Virus record (IMG/VR): IMGVR_UViG_3300028177_000001
Span: 186,001 to 250,000 of that record
DNA: 64,000 nucleotides
Reading direction: 5' to 3' (one strand)
Position numbers and translations under genes: made by a program. A model generated the notes under the pieces. It was given only the letters and a program-made list of their open reading frames with translations, was not told the DNA's origin and searched no databases. Shown in pieces: positions 48,506 to 57,609 of the stretch (the stretch's first letter is position 1; the number at the start of each line of letters is the position of its first letter).

Positions 48506-49776
48506 CAGTAGTGCTCGGGTGTAGGCACGGCTTCGTCGTTCGAAGACACGGAAGAGCGGTTGGACAGATACTCCGCACAACGGTCCCCGGAGTGGAGTTC
48601 CCGCTGCTTGCGAACTCGACCAACCTCAACCTCGTACACGTCCTCGCCCACCACCCCGGTGGACATAAGAACCTCACGCACATCCGCCGGAGCGAAGCCC
48701 ATCATGTCCTTGAGGAGGAGCTCATGGTCGAGCCCTACACCGAACTTCGCCGCGTAGTGTGCAATGACCAGCCGGAGGTAGGGCTCCTCCGGCTCCTTGA
48801 CTTCCAGGACCTCGTCGAACCGTCCCGGACGCAGCAACGCGGGGTCCAGCTGCTTGATGCTGTTGACCGTACCTACGACCGTGATGCGACCTTTGAGGAC
48901 GTGGTCAGCCTGACCCAGGACCTCCAGGAGCCCCTCCATCGCGTTCATGTTCCGGTCGATGTCGTCGAGCAGAATCACATCCGGACGAAGCATGTCGATA
49001 AACTGGAGGAGGGTGCTGCTGCTCCCGTTCCCGCTGGTGGCCTTGCCGGACATCTGCAAGAGCCGTCCCCCCAGACCCTCGGCCAGCTTGTGTGCCAGTG
49101 TGGTCTTCCCGGTGCCCGGAGGCCCGTAGAGCAGCACCTTGCGAGCATGCCCCGCCTCCAGGAAGCGGCGTGTTCTCTTGAGCATAGACTGGAGAGCCGA
49201 CTCGACCCCGTTGTCCACGGAGACGTAGTCCCCAGAACCGGTCACCGGAGTGACGTCCAGGAAGGTGTCGTCCCAGACGCGCTTCCGCACCAGCTGGAGC
49301 CCGCAGTCCTTCTCCACTGCCCACACCAGGGTGGCCACTGCCTGCTGCACTGCCTCGATAGTCCCCGGCTTGATGAAGATGTTGTAGACCCAGGTGCGGT
49401 GCTCCCCCTCGGAGATGTGTAGGTAGAGGACCTGGCCTCCGGGCAGCTGAGCCTCAACCAGTTGCTCGTCCCCCGACTGGAACACCTTCTTGGTCGTGGT
49501 GTGCTCAGCGTACCGGAGGCACAATCGGTCGATGTGGCTTGACGAACCAATCGGCTTCAAGCCCCGCTGGTTGATCTCGTCCCGGATCAACCCACCGATG
49601 GCGGTGTTCTCAAGCTTCTTGGCGTCGCGGAACTGCTGGACAGCGTGCGAACTCTGGATGACCCGGTTGACCAGCTTCAGCGCGGGGATGTCAGCTCGGT
49701 CTCCTCCCCACGTACTGGTGAGACTGGTGACCAACTCCCACAGAGGATTCGCCGCTTTGGGTGCCTCGTCCTTCAC
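48505..49776 (-). CDS. classical AAA+ ATPase (BCS1/FtsH-like module)
   Basis: LLYGPPGTGKT, ILLDDID, TVN, LDPALLRPGRFD. Confidence 0.92.
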   Translation of the reverse strand: MKDEAPKAANPLWELVTSLTSTWGGDRADIPALKLVNRVIQSSHAVQQFRDAKKLENTAIGGLIRDEINQRGLKPIGSSSHIDRLCLRYAEHTTTKKVFQSGDEQLVEAQLPGGQVLYLHISEGEHRTWVYNIFIKPGTIEAVQQAVATLVWAVEKDCGLQLVRKRVWDDTFLDVTPVTGSGDYVSVDNGVESALQSMLKRTRRFLEAGHARKVLLYGPPGTGKTTLAHKLAEGLGGRLLQMSGKATSGNGSSSTLLQFIDMLRPDVILLDDIDRNMNAMEGLLEVLGQADHVLKGRITVVGTVNSIKQLDPALLRPGRFDEVLEVKEPEEPYLRLVIAHYAAKFGVGLDHELLLKDMMGFAPADVREVLMSTGVVGEDVYEVEVGRVRKQRELHSGDRCAEYLSNRSSVSSNDEAVPTPEHY

Positions 49777-50064
49777 AGGTGCCTACTCCTTGCCGCCTGG
49801 TGTGCGGGTGTACCCTACGTCTCGCAGAAAACACTCCCCGACTGGGCTGCCCAGCCACTGGATCACCGTAGCGGCGACCTCGCACTGCTCGTCCGTTGCG
49901 CTCTTCGGAGCGAGACCGCCGTCCCCGTTCATGAGGTAGTCGACGATGCTGCGAGGATGCCTGTTCTCGTGCTCCCACAGACGTGCAAACTTGCGTTCCT
50001 GCGGGTTCTGGTCGAGCCGGTGTCGGTTCCGCCCCTGGTGTCGCTTGCTCATGCTTCCTCCCAC

Positions 50065-51096
50065 TCAGTCGTCGTAGTCATCGTCGTAATCGCGACCGGG
50101 GTCGCCGTCAACGTGGCGCCACACCACCAGCTTGTTCTGGTCCATGGCCCAGCCGATGACGCCAGGCAACGACTCCAGGGTGAAGTAGGTGTCGCCCTTC
50201 GTGCCTCGGTGATCGTCCAGGCAGACCCCGGCGTCGACGATGCGCAGCGTGCGCTTGTCTACCACACACTCCAACCGGCGCTGTCGGAAGCGATACTGCA
50301 CCACTTTCTCGTTCCGGTTGCGGCTATCCCTTGCGTCCAGTAGCTCGGCGCCAGAGAGGGCCAGAGCAGCCCTTGCAGCGGCATCGAAGTCCTGGGCGGC
50401 CAGAGCCCGAAGCCCCGGACCCGTGGTGGCGTCCTTCAACGCCTGGTTCAGCTTCTCCTGCCTGTCCAGAAGAGCAGCGGCGGCGGCGCGTTCTGCCTCC
50501 GTGCGTGCTTCGTCCTCCAGACGGAGACGCTCCACCTCGCGGGCACGTTCTTCAGCGCGCTCGCGGCCCCAGGAGATCCACTGGAAGGCGAGATCCAGAG
50601 CGGGTGTTACTCCCTTGACGTGTGCGATGCTGTCCTTGCGGTCCTGGAAGGCGATTAGAGCTTCGTCCTCGGGGCCTTCGGGCCAGAGGACCTGCAGGTA
50701 GATGAGACGCCCCTCGCGGTCTCGTAGAACTTCGGCGCGGGAGAACCTCTCCAGACCCAGTTCCACGCAGTACACAGGCTCAGTCTGTTCAATCAACTTG
50801 TCTGGGTCCGGGTCTACGTGAGCCCCGTCCTGAATGAACCGATCGCCCACGAGGTAGCCGCGCAGGACCTCCTTGCCGGCGTCCTCGGCGAACTCGGGAT
50901 CCGGGTCTGCCAGGTCTCGTCCGGCCAGACGCATGCCCCGTCCTGCGGTAGCCTCGAAGGTCCACCACCCGTGCTCGGCCGGGAGGCGTCCTTGTAGACG
51001 CCAGGTTCGGGTCAGGGAGTGCACCTGGCGACCCCCCGCATAGGGGAGCACCTGGGTCTGCTTGCCCTCGGGGGCCAGTAGGTCCTTCCAGCTCAT
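50065..51096 (-). CDS. conserved hypothetical protein, candidate E2-like partner of the ThiF/JAB/Ubl set
   Basis: C-terminal RLECVVDKRTLRIVDAGVCL...FTLESLPGVI domain; the association with Ubl operons is from memory. Confidence 0.55.
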   Translation of the reverse strand: MSWKDLLAPEGKQTQVLPYAGGRQVHSLTRTWRLQGRLPAEHGWWTFEATAGRGMRLAGRDLADPDPEFAEDAGKEVLRGYLVGDRFIQDGAHVDPDPDKLIEQTEPVYCVELGLERFSRAEVLRDREGRLIYLQVLWPEGPEDEALIAFQDRKDSIAHVKGVTPALDLAFQWISWGRERAEERAREVERLRLEDEARTEAERAAAAALLDRQEKLNQALKDATTGPGLRALAAQDFDAAARAALALSGAELLDARDSRNRNEKVVQYRFRQRRLECVVDKRTLRIVDAGVCLDDHRGTKGDTYFTLESLPGVIGWAMDQNKLVVWRHVDGDPGRDYDDDYDD

Positions 51097-51476
51097 GTAT
51101 CCTCCGAGAGAAGGAACCAGCGCCACCCTCGCAAGGGGATCCCGAGTTCCACCCAACGAGCGTCTTCCGTTTCGTTCCGCGTCTCCACAAAGACCTCTGC
51201 CGCTACCAGGCGCTTCAGCACCTCGTCGTAGAGGTACTCACCCGCGTTGTTGTAGGAGGAAGGCTTGCCCGCGATGTGCCCTTGGGTCGCCAGGAAGCTG
51301 TAGATGGACCACCACACCTCGCCGATGTAGTGCATGCCCTCCGGCTTCGGCTTCTCGTACGGGGAGTTCCAGTAGCAACAGGGCTGAAGGGCCCGAGCGA
51401 ACGCAAGGAACCCGGTCATGTCCACACTGCGAGCGATGATGTCCGCAGCCTTCTTTTCAAGTTCCAGGTCGCCCAT
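51093..51476 (-). CDS. hypothetical protein
   Basis: Promoter motif plus AAGGAG RBS. Confidence 0.6.
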   Translation of the reverse strand: MGDLELEKKAADIIARSVDMTGFLAFARALQPCCYWNSPYEKPKPEGMHYIGEVWWSIYSFLATQGHIAGKPSSYNNAGEYLYDEVLKRLVAAEVFVETRNETEDARWVELGIPLRGWRWFLLSEDT

Positions 51477-51500
51477 TAGACGGAGCTCCTTTAGCTCTGG

Positions 51501-51932
51501 TTACGTCTCTCCTGGCTTCCGGGAACCCTCCTCCAGAAGGGGCGCCAGTTCTTCACGGAGGAGGCGCAGGGCTTCCTCTCGCCTGCCTACGACCATGTGC
51601 ATGCCGATCTTGTCGAGCAGGTTGAAGTGGATCGGCTCCCAGTGCGGTCCGGGAAGCGCGTCCACGTCTGCCTGGGAGGGGGTTGCACCTGACGGCATGA
51701 CGGCCCAGTGGGTCACGTAGCTCGTGCATTCGAAGGACTTGCCGGAGCCGGGACGGTGCTGGTACCAGCGCTTCGTGAACGAGTTGTACCAGCACATCCG
51801 AGCGAAGCCCTGGGCGTACCTCTGGGTGTTCTCCAGGGGAATGTCCGCCACGTTCCGAGGCGCCATGGTCGCCAGGTAGTAGTTGCTCTGAGAGGGAGCG
51901 TGGTCGCGGGAAGCAATCCAGTCAGGGGACAT
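51501..51932 (-). CDS. hypothetical protein with DUF551-like pattern
   Basis: DWIASRDHAP ... VTHWAVMP; the stop codon is the TAA of a promoter motif. Confidence 0.55.
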   Translation of the reverse strand: MSPDWIASRDHAPSQSNYYLATMAPRNVADIPLENTQRYAQGFARMCWYNSFTKRWYQHRPGSGKSFECTSYVTHWAVMPSGATPSQADVDALPGPHWEPIHFNLLDKIGMHMVVGRREEALRLLREELAPLLEEGSRKPGET

Positions 51933-52455
51933 AGTTCGGGTCCTTCTCGTAGAACCAGGGCTCCCCCGGCTTCTTCAGGTGCTGGTGGTCCAGCTTGTTG
52001 TCCGCCAGCGGGATCCCGGCCAGCCTCAGCTGAAAGACGAGCTGGTTTTCCGTGCCCTTGAACTCGAAGTGGGACTCCATGGTTTCCGCGACCTTCTTGC
52101 CGAAACGGTCCGGCAGAAGCCCGTGGCTGTGGTGATCGGGGACGTAGCCCTCCTCGTTGATGAGAACGAACCGGGTGTACTGCCGCACGTCGAAGTGTGC
52201 CTTCCCCCACTCAAGGGTCTCTGGTCCGGGGGACCATTCCTCGTAGTGCTCGGGGTCGTTGTCAATCAGGTACCAGAACGTGGGCTCCGTCGGGCCCCGC
52301 ACGATGTTCAGGGTCACCACGTGGTGGCAGGCGCACCCCAGACTGATCTCAAGCCCGTCGTTCTTGAGGAGATAGAGGGCTTCGCTTGCCCCGCAGTGAC
52401 ACGAGGTAGGACGAACGGCGACGCGGTCACCCGCTTCCAGAACAATGGGATCCAT
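51922..52455 (-). CDS. hypothetical protein
   Basis: In-operon ORF. Confidence 0.55.
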   Translation of the reverse strand: MDPIVLEAGDRVAVRPTSCHCGASEALYLLKNDGLEISLGCACHHVVTLNIVRGPTEPTFWYLIDNDPEHYEEWSPGPETLEWGKAHFDVRQYTRFVLINEEGYVPDHHSHGLLPDRFGKKVAETMESHFEFKGTENQLVFQLRLAGIPLADNKLDHQHLKKPGEPWFYEKDPNYVP

Positions 52456-52915
52456 AGAGAGCCTCGAACTCAGGGTCGGACAAAGGAGTACCGTCTTCGT
52501 TGAGGACGTGCACTCCCAGACGCAAGACCTCGATCTCCTTTCCCATCCGGAAGAACTTCCATGTCTTGATCAGCTCCCAGCCTTGCGGGCAGTCCCAAGA
52601 CAGGATGTACGCCTCGATCTCCTCCCGGGTCTCCGTCATCGCGACGCAGCCTCCGCCTGGGAAGTAGTGCAAGCGACCTGTGTCGTCCTCGACGCAAGCC
52701 TCGTAGATGATCGAGGTCTTCCCGTTAGGGGACTCACACCGGAAGAACTCCACCTTCTTGATCCGGTGGTTGTACCCGGTACAGGAGTGGATCAGGTCTC
52801 CGGGCTTTGCGTCCAGGAGATAGTGCAACAGCTCACGGTACCAGCCTTCTGTGAAGTAGTCTGGGTTGAGCTTCTTCGCGAGGCGCTTGCGCCCTCGCCA
52901 CGCCTTATTGGCCAT
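52427..52915 (-). CDS. hypothetical protein
   Basis: In-operon ORF. Confidence 0.55.
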   Translation of the reverse strand: MANKAWRGRKRLAKKLNPDYFTEGWYRELLHYLLDAKPGDLIHSCTGYNHRIKKVEFFRCESPNGKTSIIYEACVEDDTGRLHYFPGGGCVAMTETREEIEAYILSWDCPQGWELIKTWKFFRMGKEIEVLRLGVHVLNEDGTPLSDPEFEALYGSHCSGSG

Positions 52916-52978
52916 GGTTGAATCCGAGTATGGTGTGGTAGCAGCCGCAGCAATACGGATTCCTGCACACCCTACCCG

Positions 52979-53275
52979 TTATGCCAAGGTCACGCAGGAG
53001 TGCGCGGGTCCCGAGCCGCCCTGGATGATGGTGTCCTCAGTGACGAGAACTCCCCCGACCGGGATGCTGTAGCCCAGGTGGGTGTCCGGCATCAGGTACA
53101 TGCCGATAGCTCCGGGGAACATCGCGGAGGACGCGGCCTGTGCCCAGAGCTTCTCATCCGTCTCACGGAAGAGGGGCTCGGAGAGAAAGGCGCGGACTTC
53201 GCAGCGCATGCCCCCTACGGGAGGGAGAACCCACTGGTTGGGTCCGGCCTGTACGACTTGCTGCATGAACGACAT
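52979..53275 (-). pseudogene. rtcB: truncated RtcB RNA ligase (N-terminal ~98 aa only)
   Basis: LMPDTHLGYSIPVGGVL (MPDxHxGYxxPxGG); the expected GxDIxCG is degenerate (GSGPAHSCV) and is followed by a stop; no continuation in other frames. Confidence 0.8.
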
Positions 53276-53286
53276 GGTCGGTCCTT

Positions 53287-53988
53287 CTACTTCAGGGGAA
53301 GGCTTCCGGGGACGCCCTCGGGGAGGGGGAGTAGGATGTGGGTGGGGCGGATCAGAGCCCCACCCTTTGAGAAGACAGAGGAAGTGGCAGGGTCCTGGAG
53401 TGTCCCGTCCGCCCGAGGCGGGAGGACTCCTACCACAGGCCCCAGGCCAGCCTCGACCCGCATCACCGAGCACCACCAGATTGCGGCAGCCACGAGGGGT
53501 GTGATCTTCCCTGTGGCTTCGGCCTGGATGAGCCACGTCATGTCGTAGGGGGGACGCCTCCACCCCTTCTGACACTCCCAGTCAACGCCGTCGCCCAGGC
53601 AGGGCTCCTCCCCGTGAGACCCGTCCTCGTGCGAGGCATAGTAGGTCCCGCTGCCCTTGCAGTAGGAGCACTGCTCTCCCGCCGCCAGCACCCAGTACAG
53701 CCGGGAACGAACCTCCTGGTCCGAGCAGTTGAGGCGGAGGAACACCGGACTGCGATTGTCGTGGCCGACCAGGGTGGACTCCCCGTACCACAGAGCACGA
53801 AGCTCTCCCGCTTCTCGGCGAGTACCGTGGAGGAAGCCGTCTACGCGGAAGGTGAACTCGTCCCCCTGGTGATCCTCATAGGACCAGTCCATCCAGACAG
53901 GCCCGCCTCGCCACCCGTCCAGGACAGCGTTGTTCAGCACGTCGCCCTTCAGGACCAGGTCGCTGGGGGTCAGTTCGCGGTATTCCAT
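53287..53988 (-). CDS. hypothetical protein with CxxCxGxG
   Basis: AGGAAAGG RBS before ATG 53988. Confidence 0.55.
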   Translation of the reverse strand: MEYRELTPSDLVLKGDVLNNAVLDGWRGGPVWMDWSYEDHQGDEFTFRVDGFLHGTRREAGELRALWYGESTLVGHDNRSPVFLRLNCSDQEVRSRLYWVLAAGEQCSYCKGSGTYYASHEDGSHGEEPCLGDGVDWECQKGWRRPPYDMTWLIQAEATGKITPLVAAAIWWCSVMRVEAGLGPVVGVLPPRADGTLQDPATSSVFSKGGALIRPTHILLPLPEGVPGSLPLK

Positions 53989-54005
53989 GGCCTTTCCTGC
54001 GGGTT

Positions 54006-54452
54006 CTACTTGAGTTCGACAGTGGCTCCGGCCACTCGGAGGCCGTCGGCGTAGTCTTGGATGCGTTCCGGAGTCCAGAAGTTCGGGGAACCCGGGACGT
54101 CCAGAGTCATGACGACGGGGCACGCTGTTTCAGAGAGGTACTTGGCCTCCTTCAGTCCTGTTCCTGTGTGGTTTCGGATGCACTTGATGACCTGGATCTT
54201 ATGCCCCAGGGCTGTCATAATCAGCTGGGTAGGACCCAGCTGCGGGAACTCTTCCCCGTCCTCCAGGTACGGCAGGCACGACTCCAACAGGGTGTTGTAG
54301 AGGGTCGCCAGGTTGTGGTCCCGATGCTCCGGGTCGTGGAGTGCTCGGAGCGGCGTGTCCTGAAGATCCATCCGAACCAGGAGCTGCGCCAGGTGGCGCT
54401 TGTTCAAGAGGATCATGTCCCCTGGGAGATCAAAGTCGGCCACGTAGCGCAT
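54006..54452 (-). CDS. protein with C-terminal ribosomal protein bL12 (L7/L12) CTD
   Basis: KIQVIKCIRNHTGTGLKEAKYL ... AGATVELK. Confidence 0.85.
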   Translation of the reverse strand: MRYVADFDLPGDMILLNKRHLAQLLVRMDLQDTPLRALHDPEHRDHNLATLYNTLLESCLPYLEDGEEFPQLGPTQLIMTALGHKIQVIKCIRNHTGTGLKEAKYLSETACPVVMTLDVPGSPNFWTPERIQDYADGLRVAGATVELK

Positions 54453-54619
54453 CCGAGACAGCGGGTTCTACACTGTTACGCCCCGCCCCTGGGTAGGGAA
54501 CCCCTCAGTCCGTCTGGGTCCAGACCATGAACTTGAAGTGTTCAGCCTTTTCCTTCTCGAACTCGGCTCTCTTGGCGGGGTCGCGAGGTTGCCCCGACCC
54601 CGAACCGGGGGGCGGGGCT

Positions 54620-54694
54620 GGCAACCACCAACCGCACGGGATTCGAACCCGTCCGGGTGCTCTACTGAGCGACCATCTCTGGTTGGTGGTTGCC
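54620..54694 (-). ncRNA. 75-nt tRNA-like RNA lacking an anticodon arm (Y-like RNA candidate)
   Basis: Perfect 14-bp terminal stem GGCAACCACCAACC/GGTTGGTGGTTGCC enclosing GCTC-AGTA-GAGC and ACGGG-TTCGAAT-CCCGT. Confidence 0.7.
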
Positions 54695-54710
54695 CCTCTC
54701 GAGACTGTTG

Positions 54711-56663
54711 TCAGGCTGCCCAGGCGGGTCGTTCGAGGAGCGGAGTCCGAAGAATCTGCTCAACGAGGGACACTCGCCGAACGACCCGACGCTGAGCCGG
54801 AGCTTCACCCACGGGGGTCGCCGCGATCAGGTTCGCCAGAACCTGGCTGACTGCGTAGGGGTCCTCGAAGATGTCCTCGAAGTCCTGCGCAGTCCGCGAG
54901 GCGCAGGGGATCTGGAGTCGAGCCGCCGCGTCCGTGACCGTCCGACCCAGGTTCCCGTTGCCCCACCGCCCGTTGCCGGTGAACTGACCCCAGATGAACG
55001 ACACGGGCCGAAGCCCGGAGGCCTCGATCGCAGTCGCCAGCTGGAGGCCGGACTCACCGCACCCGTCGCCGATGAAGATGAAGAGGCTGTCCTCGTCTTC
55101 CTGCGGCTTGTGGTGCTGGATCGCCCGGACGCCCTCACCGTAGCGGGTGCCCCCGGAAGCCGTGTGCTTGGAGAGCGCGTGCTCCACGGCGGCAGACCGT
55201 GCGGCCTGGATCTTGATCTCGGTCCCCATGGTGTTGAAGATCGAGACGTGGGTCCGGTCGAGAGGGAAGCCTCCGACGAACTTGCTCAGGCAACGCTTCG
55301 CCGCCTCGATAGCACCGTCCATGGAGCCGGACTTGTCGATGATGAAGTACACCCGGAGGTTCCGAGTGACCTTCTCGATCGCCTTCGCCGTTGCCACGTC
55401 AGCCGCTTCCTCGAGGATGTCCCGCATCGCGTCCGTCTTCACGTTCCGCATGGTGTGCCGCGACCGCTGGTCCGTCGCGTTCTTCACACCACGAGCCAGC
55501 TTCTGCGCCACGGAGGGGATAGCCCCCACACCCAGGTCCTCGATGGTAGGCACCAGCGTCAGGATCTGCTTGTCGGAGACGCACCCCGCCTCTACAGCTG
55601 CCACGAAGATGGCGGGGGTGAGACCCACGCCCTCCGGCAGCTGTCCGACGAGGTTCAGCCAGGAGGGCTGCTCGGCCACGATGCGCTCGCAGACCTCCCC
55701 TTCGGTCAGACCCTTCCAGGTCACCTTCTCCTCGAGCTCCATGTCGAGCGCGATGGTCCGGTGACCGTCCTTGGCCTGAGACTGCTTCCACCGCAGAGCC
55801 TTGAAGAACTCCGGGCTCTGCGCCTTGTAGCGGACCGACCGAGCCAGCTGCTCCACCGTGTTGCCCCAGCCTGCCTTCACGAGACCGGCCAGCATGCGAG
55901 GGTTGTCCTCCCGGTAGCGGAGCCACTTCTGGACCGCCTTCTTGTACCGGCGGATCTGCGGGTTCCGAGCGCTCTGGGAGAAGCCCAGCTCACGGTTGAT
56001 GGCGTGGATCTCGGGGAGACGGAGGATCTGCCCGATCAGGAGGACCTGCTTGGGCGAGAGGTCCGACCCCTTCTGCCGGTGCAGGACCATGGCCTCGCCG
56101 ACCGCCCGGAAGTCGTCGTCGTAGAACAACACCTGGCCGTTCTCGGTGACGGGCTCCCCAGCGTGCTTCTGCGTCAGCATGAAGGCTGCGAGGATGGTCT
56201 GGAGGTCGCGCCGGTCCTGAGTGAAGGCCCAGCTGGCCCAGTGGGCCGAGAAGTCGGCGTCGGTCTTGTAGACCTCGGCGACCTGGCGGTACAGGTACTC
56301 AGCCACCTCGACGTAGATGCCGGGCTCGCGCCACTCGGCGACGACCGTGCCCCGTGCGTCCAGGACACGCTTGCCGTCCGGCGCCAGGGTTCCGAGAAGA
56401 ACCTCGTTGGTCGTGGTCTTCTGCTTCTTGCCGACGCCGGTCTTGGTCAGGTCGCAACGGAAGACGTGCTTGGAGCCGTCCTCCTGCTTTCGCCAGGTGG
56501 CCTGGGACCACCGGACACCGATGTTGGTGCGAGCGTCCTTGACGACGATGCCGGGACGGTTGTGGACCAGGTGGTCCGTGAGACCAGACACCGCCTGGAT
56601 GACGCGCTCAGCCGGGCCGAGGCCCTCGAGACGCTGGGGGTCGATCTGAACTACTTCGGGCAT
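54711..56663 (-). CDS. helical-repeat plus C-terminal VWA protein, TROVE/Ro60-like
   Basis: MIDAS IIDKSGSM, SGGT, FIGDG; the large helical N-terminal region is assigned to TROVE by architecture only. Confidence 0.7.
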   Translation of the reverse strand: MPEVVQIDPQRLEGLGPAERVIQAVSGLTDHLVHNRPGIVVKDARTNIGVRWSQATWRKQEDGSKHVFRCDLTKTGVGKKQKTTTNEVLLGTLAPDGKRVLDARGTVVAEWREPGIYVEVAEYLYRQVAEVYKTDADFSAHWASWAFTQDRRDLQTILAAFMLTQKHAGEPVTENGQVLFYDDDFRAVGEAMVLHRQKGSDLSPKQVLLIGQILRLPEIHAINRELGFSQSARNPQIRRYKKAVQKWLRYREDNPRMLAGLVKAGWGNTVEQLARSVRYKAQSPEFFKALRWKQSQAKDGHRTIALDMELEEKVTWKGLTEGEVCERIVAEQPSWLNLVGQLPEGVGLTPAIFVAAVEAGCVSDKQILTLVPTIEDLGVGAIPSVAQKLARGVKNATDQRSRHTMRNVKTDAMRDILEEAADVATAKAIEKVTRNLRVYFIIDKSGSMDGAIEAAKRCLSKFVGGFPLDRTHVSIFNTMGTEIKIQAARSAAVEHALSKHTASGGTRYGEGVRAIQHHKPQEDEDSLFIFIGDGCGESGLQLATAIEASGLRPVSFIWGQFTGNGRWGNGNLGRTVTDAAARLQIPCASRTAQDFEDIFEDPYAVSQVLANLIAATPVGEAPAQRRVVRRVSLVEQILRTPLLERPAWAA

Positions 56664-56754
56664 GACAAGCTCCTTGAGCCCCCGCAGTGCAGGGGCGAGT
56701 GGATGGCAGGGAAGAATACCGCTCCCTGAAACGGAGACCCCCTCTACAGGGGTC

Positions 56755-57138
56755 TTAGGACTGGGTTCGCTCGTGCACTCGACCTTTTCCCTCTGCGGAG
56801 CCCACCAGACGGTGCTGGAGGGAGGCCAGATCCCAGATCATCCGGAAGACTTCGGGGACAGCGCGGTTCCAAGCGAGCTTCCAGGCCTGGACCTTCCAGT
56901 ACACACGGGCGAAGACCCTGTTGCGAGGAGGGTCGAAGTAAATGACCCGACGCAGGGGTGCATCGCAAGACGGACATTCATGCGGAAGATGAGGCACATA
57001 CCCCTTGCCGCAGTAGGCACAGGGTCCGATGAACAGTGGGATCTGCTCGCCTGGTCGGACCAGGTCTCCCGGCTTCTTATAGTAGGATGCCTGGGTGATG
57101 AGGTACAGGGTCTCTGAGACCTTCGTGAGCTCGTCCAT
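56755..57138 (-). CDS. zinc-ribbon hypothetical protein
   Basis: CAYCG, CPSC. Confidence 0.55.
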   Translation of the reverse strand: MDELTKVSETLYLITQASYYKKPGDLVRPGEQIPLFIGPCAYCGKGYVPHLPHECPSCDAPLRRVIYFDPPRNRVFARVYWKVQAWKLAWNRAVPEVFRMIWDLASLQHRLVGSAEGKGRVHERTQS

Positions 57139-57242
57139 GCTTCATATTACCGGTTCGGTGCCCTCCTATTACGGGTGCATGCTTATGCAACCCAGGGTTC
57201 CCCCTGGGCGTTCTCGGCGTAATAGAGGTGCAGGAGAGCGCC

Positions 57243-57575
57243 ATGGAAGTCCGCACCGAGACCTTCAACAAGTCGAACTGGTCTGGCGAGACTACCGAGC
57301 TCAAGGTTCGGAAGTACAAGGACGGTCGGGAGACCTTCAAGCTTCACGGCTACGACTTCACCCTCACCGACCCCGCAACCACGCCGTCCGACGATGGGGA
57401 CAGCGACTGGGACTTCATGTCCCGCAGCCTGGTGGGGAGCGGCTGGAAGGATCCCCTGTTCAAGGTGTGCAAGTTCCGCAAGGACAAGTACTGGACCTGC
57501 TCCCAGTACGATGTCTCTCGGGAGGACGCCGACCCGGTCGTGGCCGCTGCCAAGCTCGTCTTCATGGTGGTGTGA
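57243..57575 (+). CDS. hypothetical protein
   Basis: Promoter motif plus AGGAGAG RBS. Confidence 0.7.
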   Translation: MEVRTETFNKSNWSGETTELKVRKYKDGRETFKLHGYDFTLTDPATTPSDDGDSDWDFMSRSLVGSGWKDPLFKVCKFRKDKYWTCSQYDVSREDADPVVAAAKLVFMVV

Positions 57576-57609
57576 ACACCCGTTAGGATGCCTATCCGAC
57601 AGAGGGTGC

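Noticed and set aside
52920-52980. Frameshifted or intein/intron-split continuation of rtcB
   Set aside because: No downstream RtcB motifs in any minus frame; the next ORF is unrelated.
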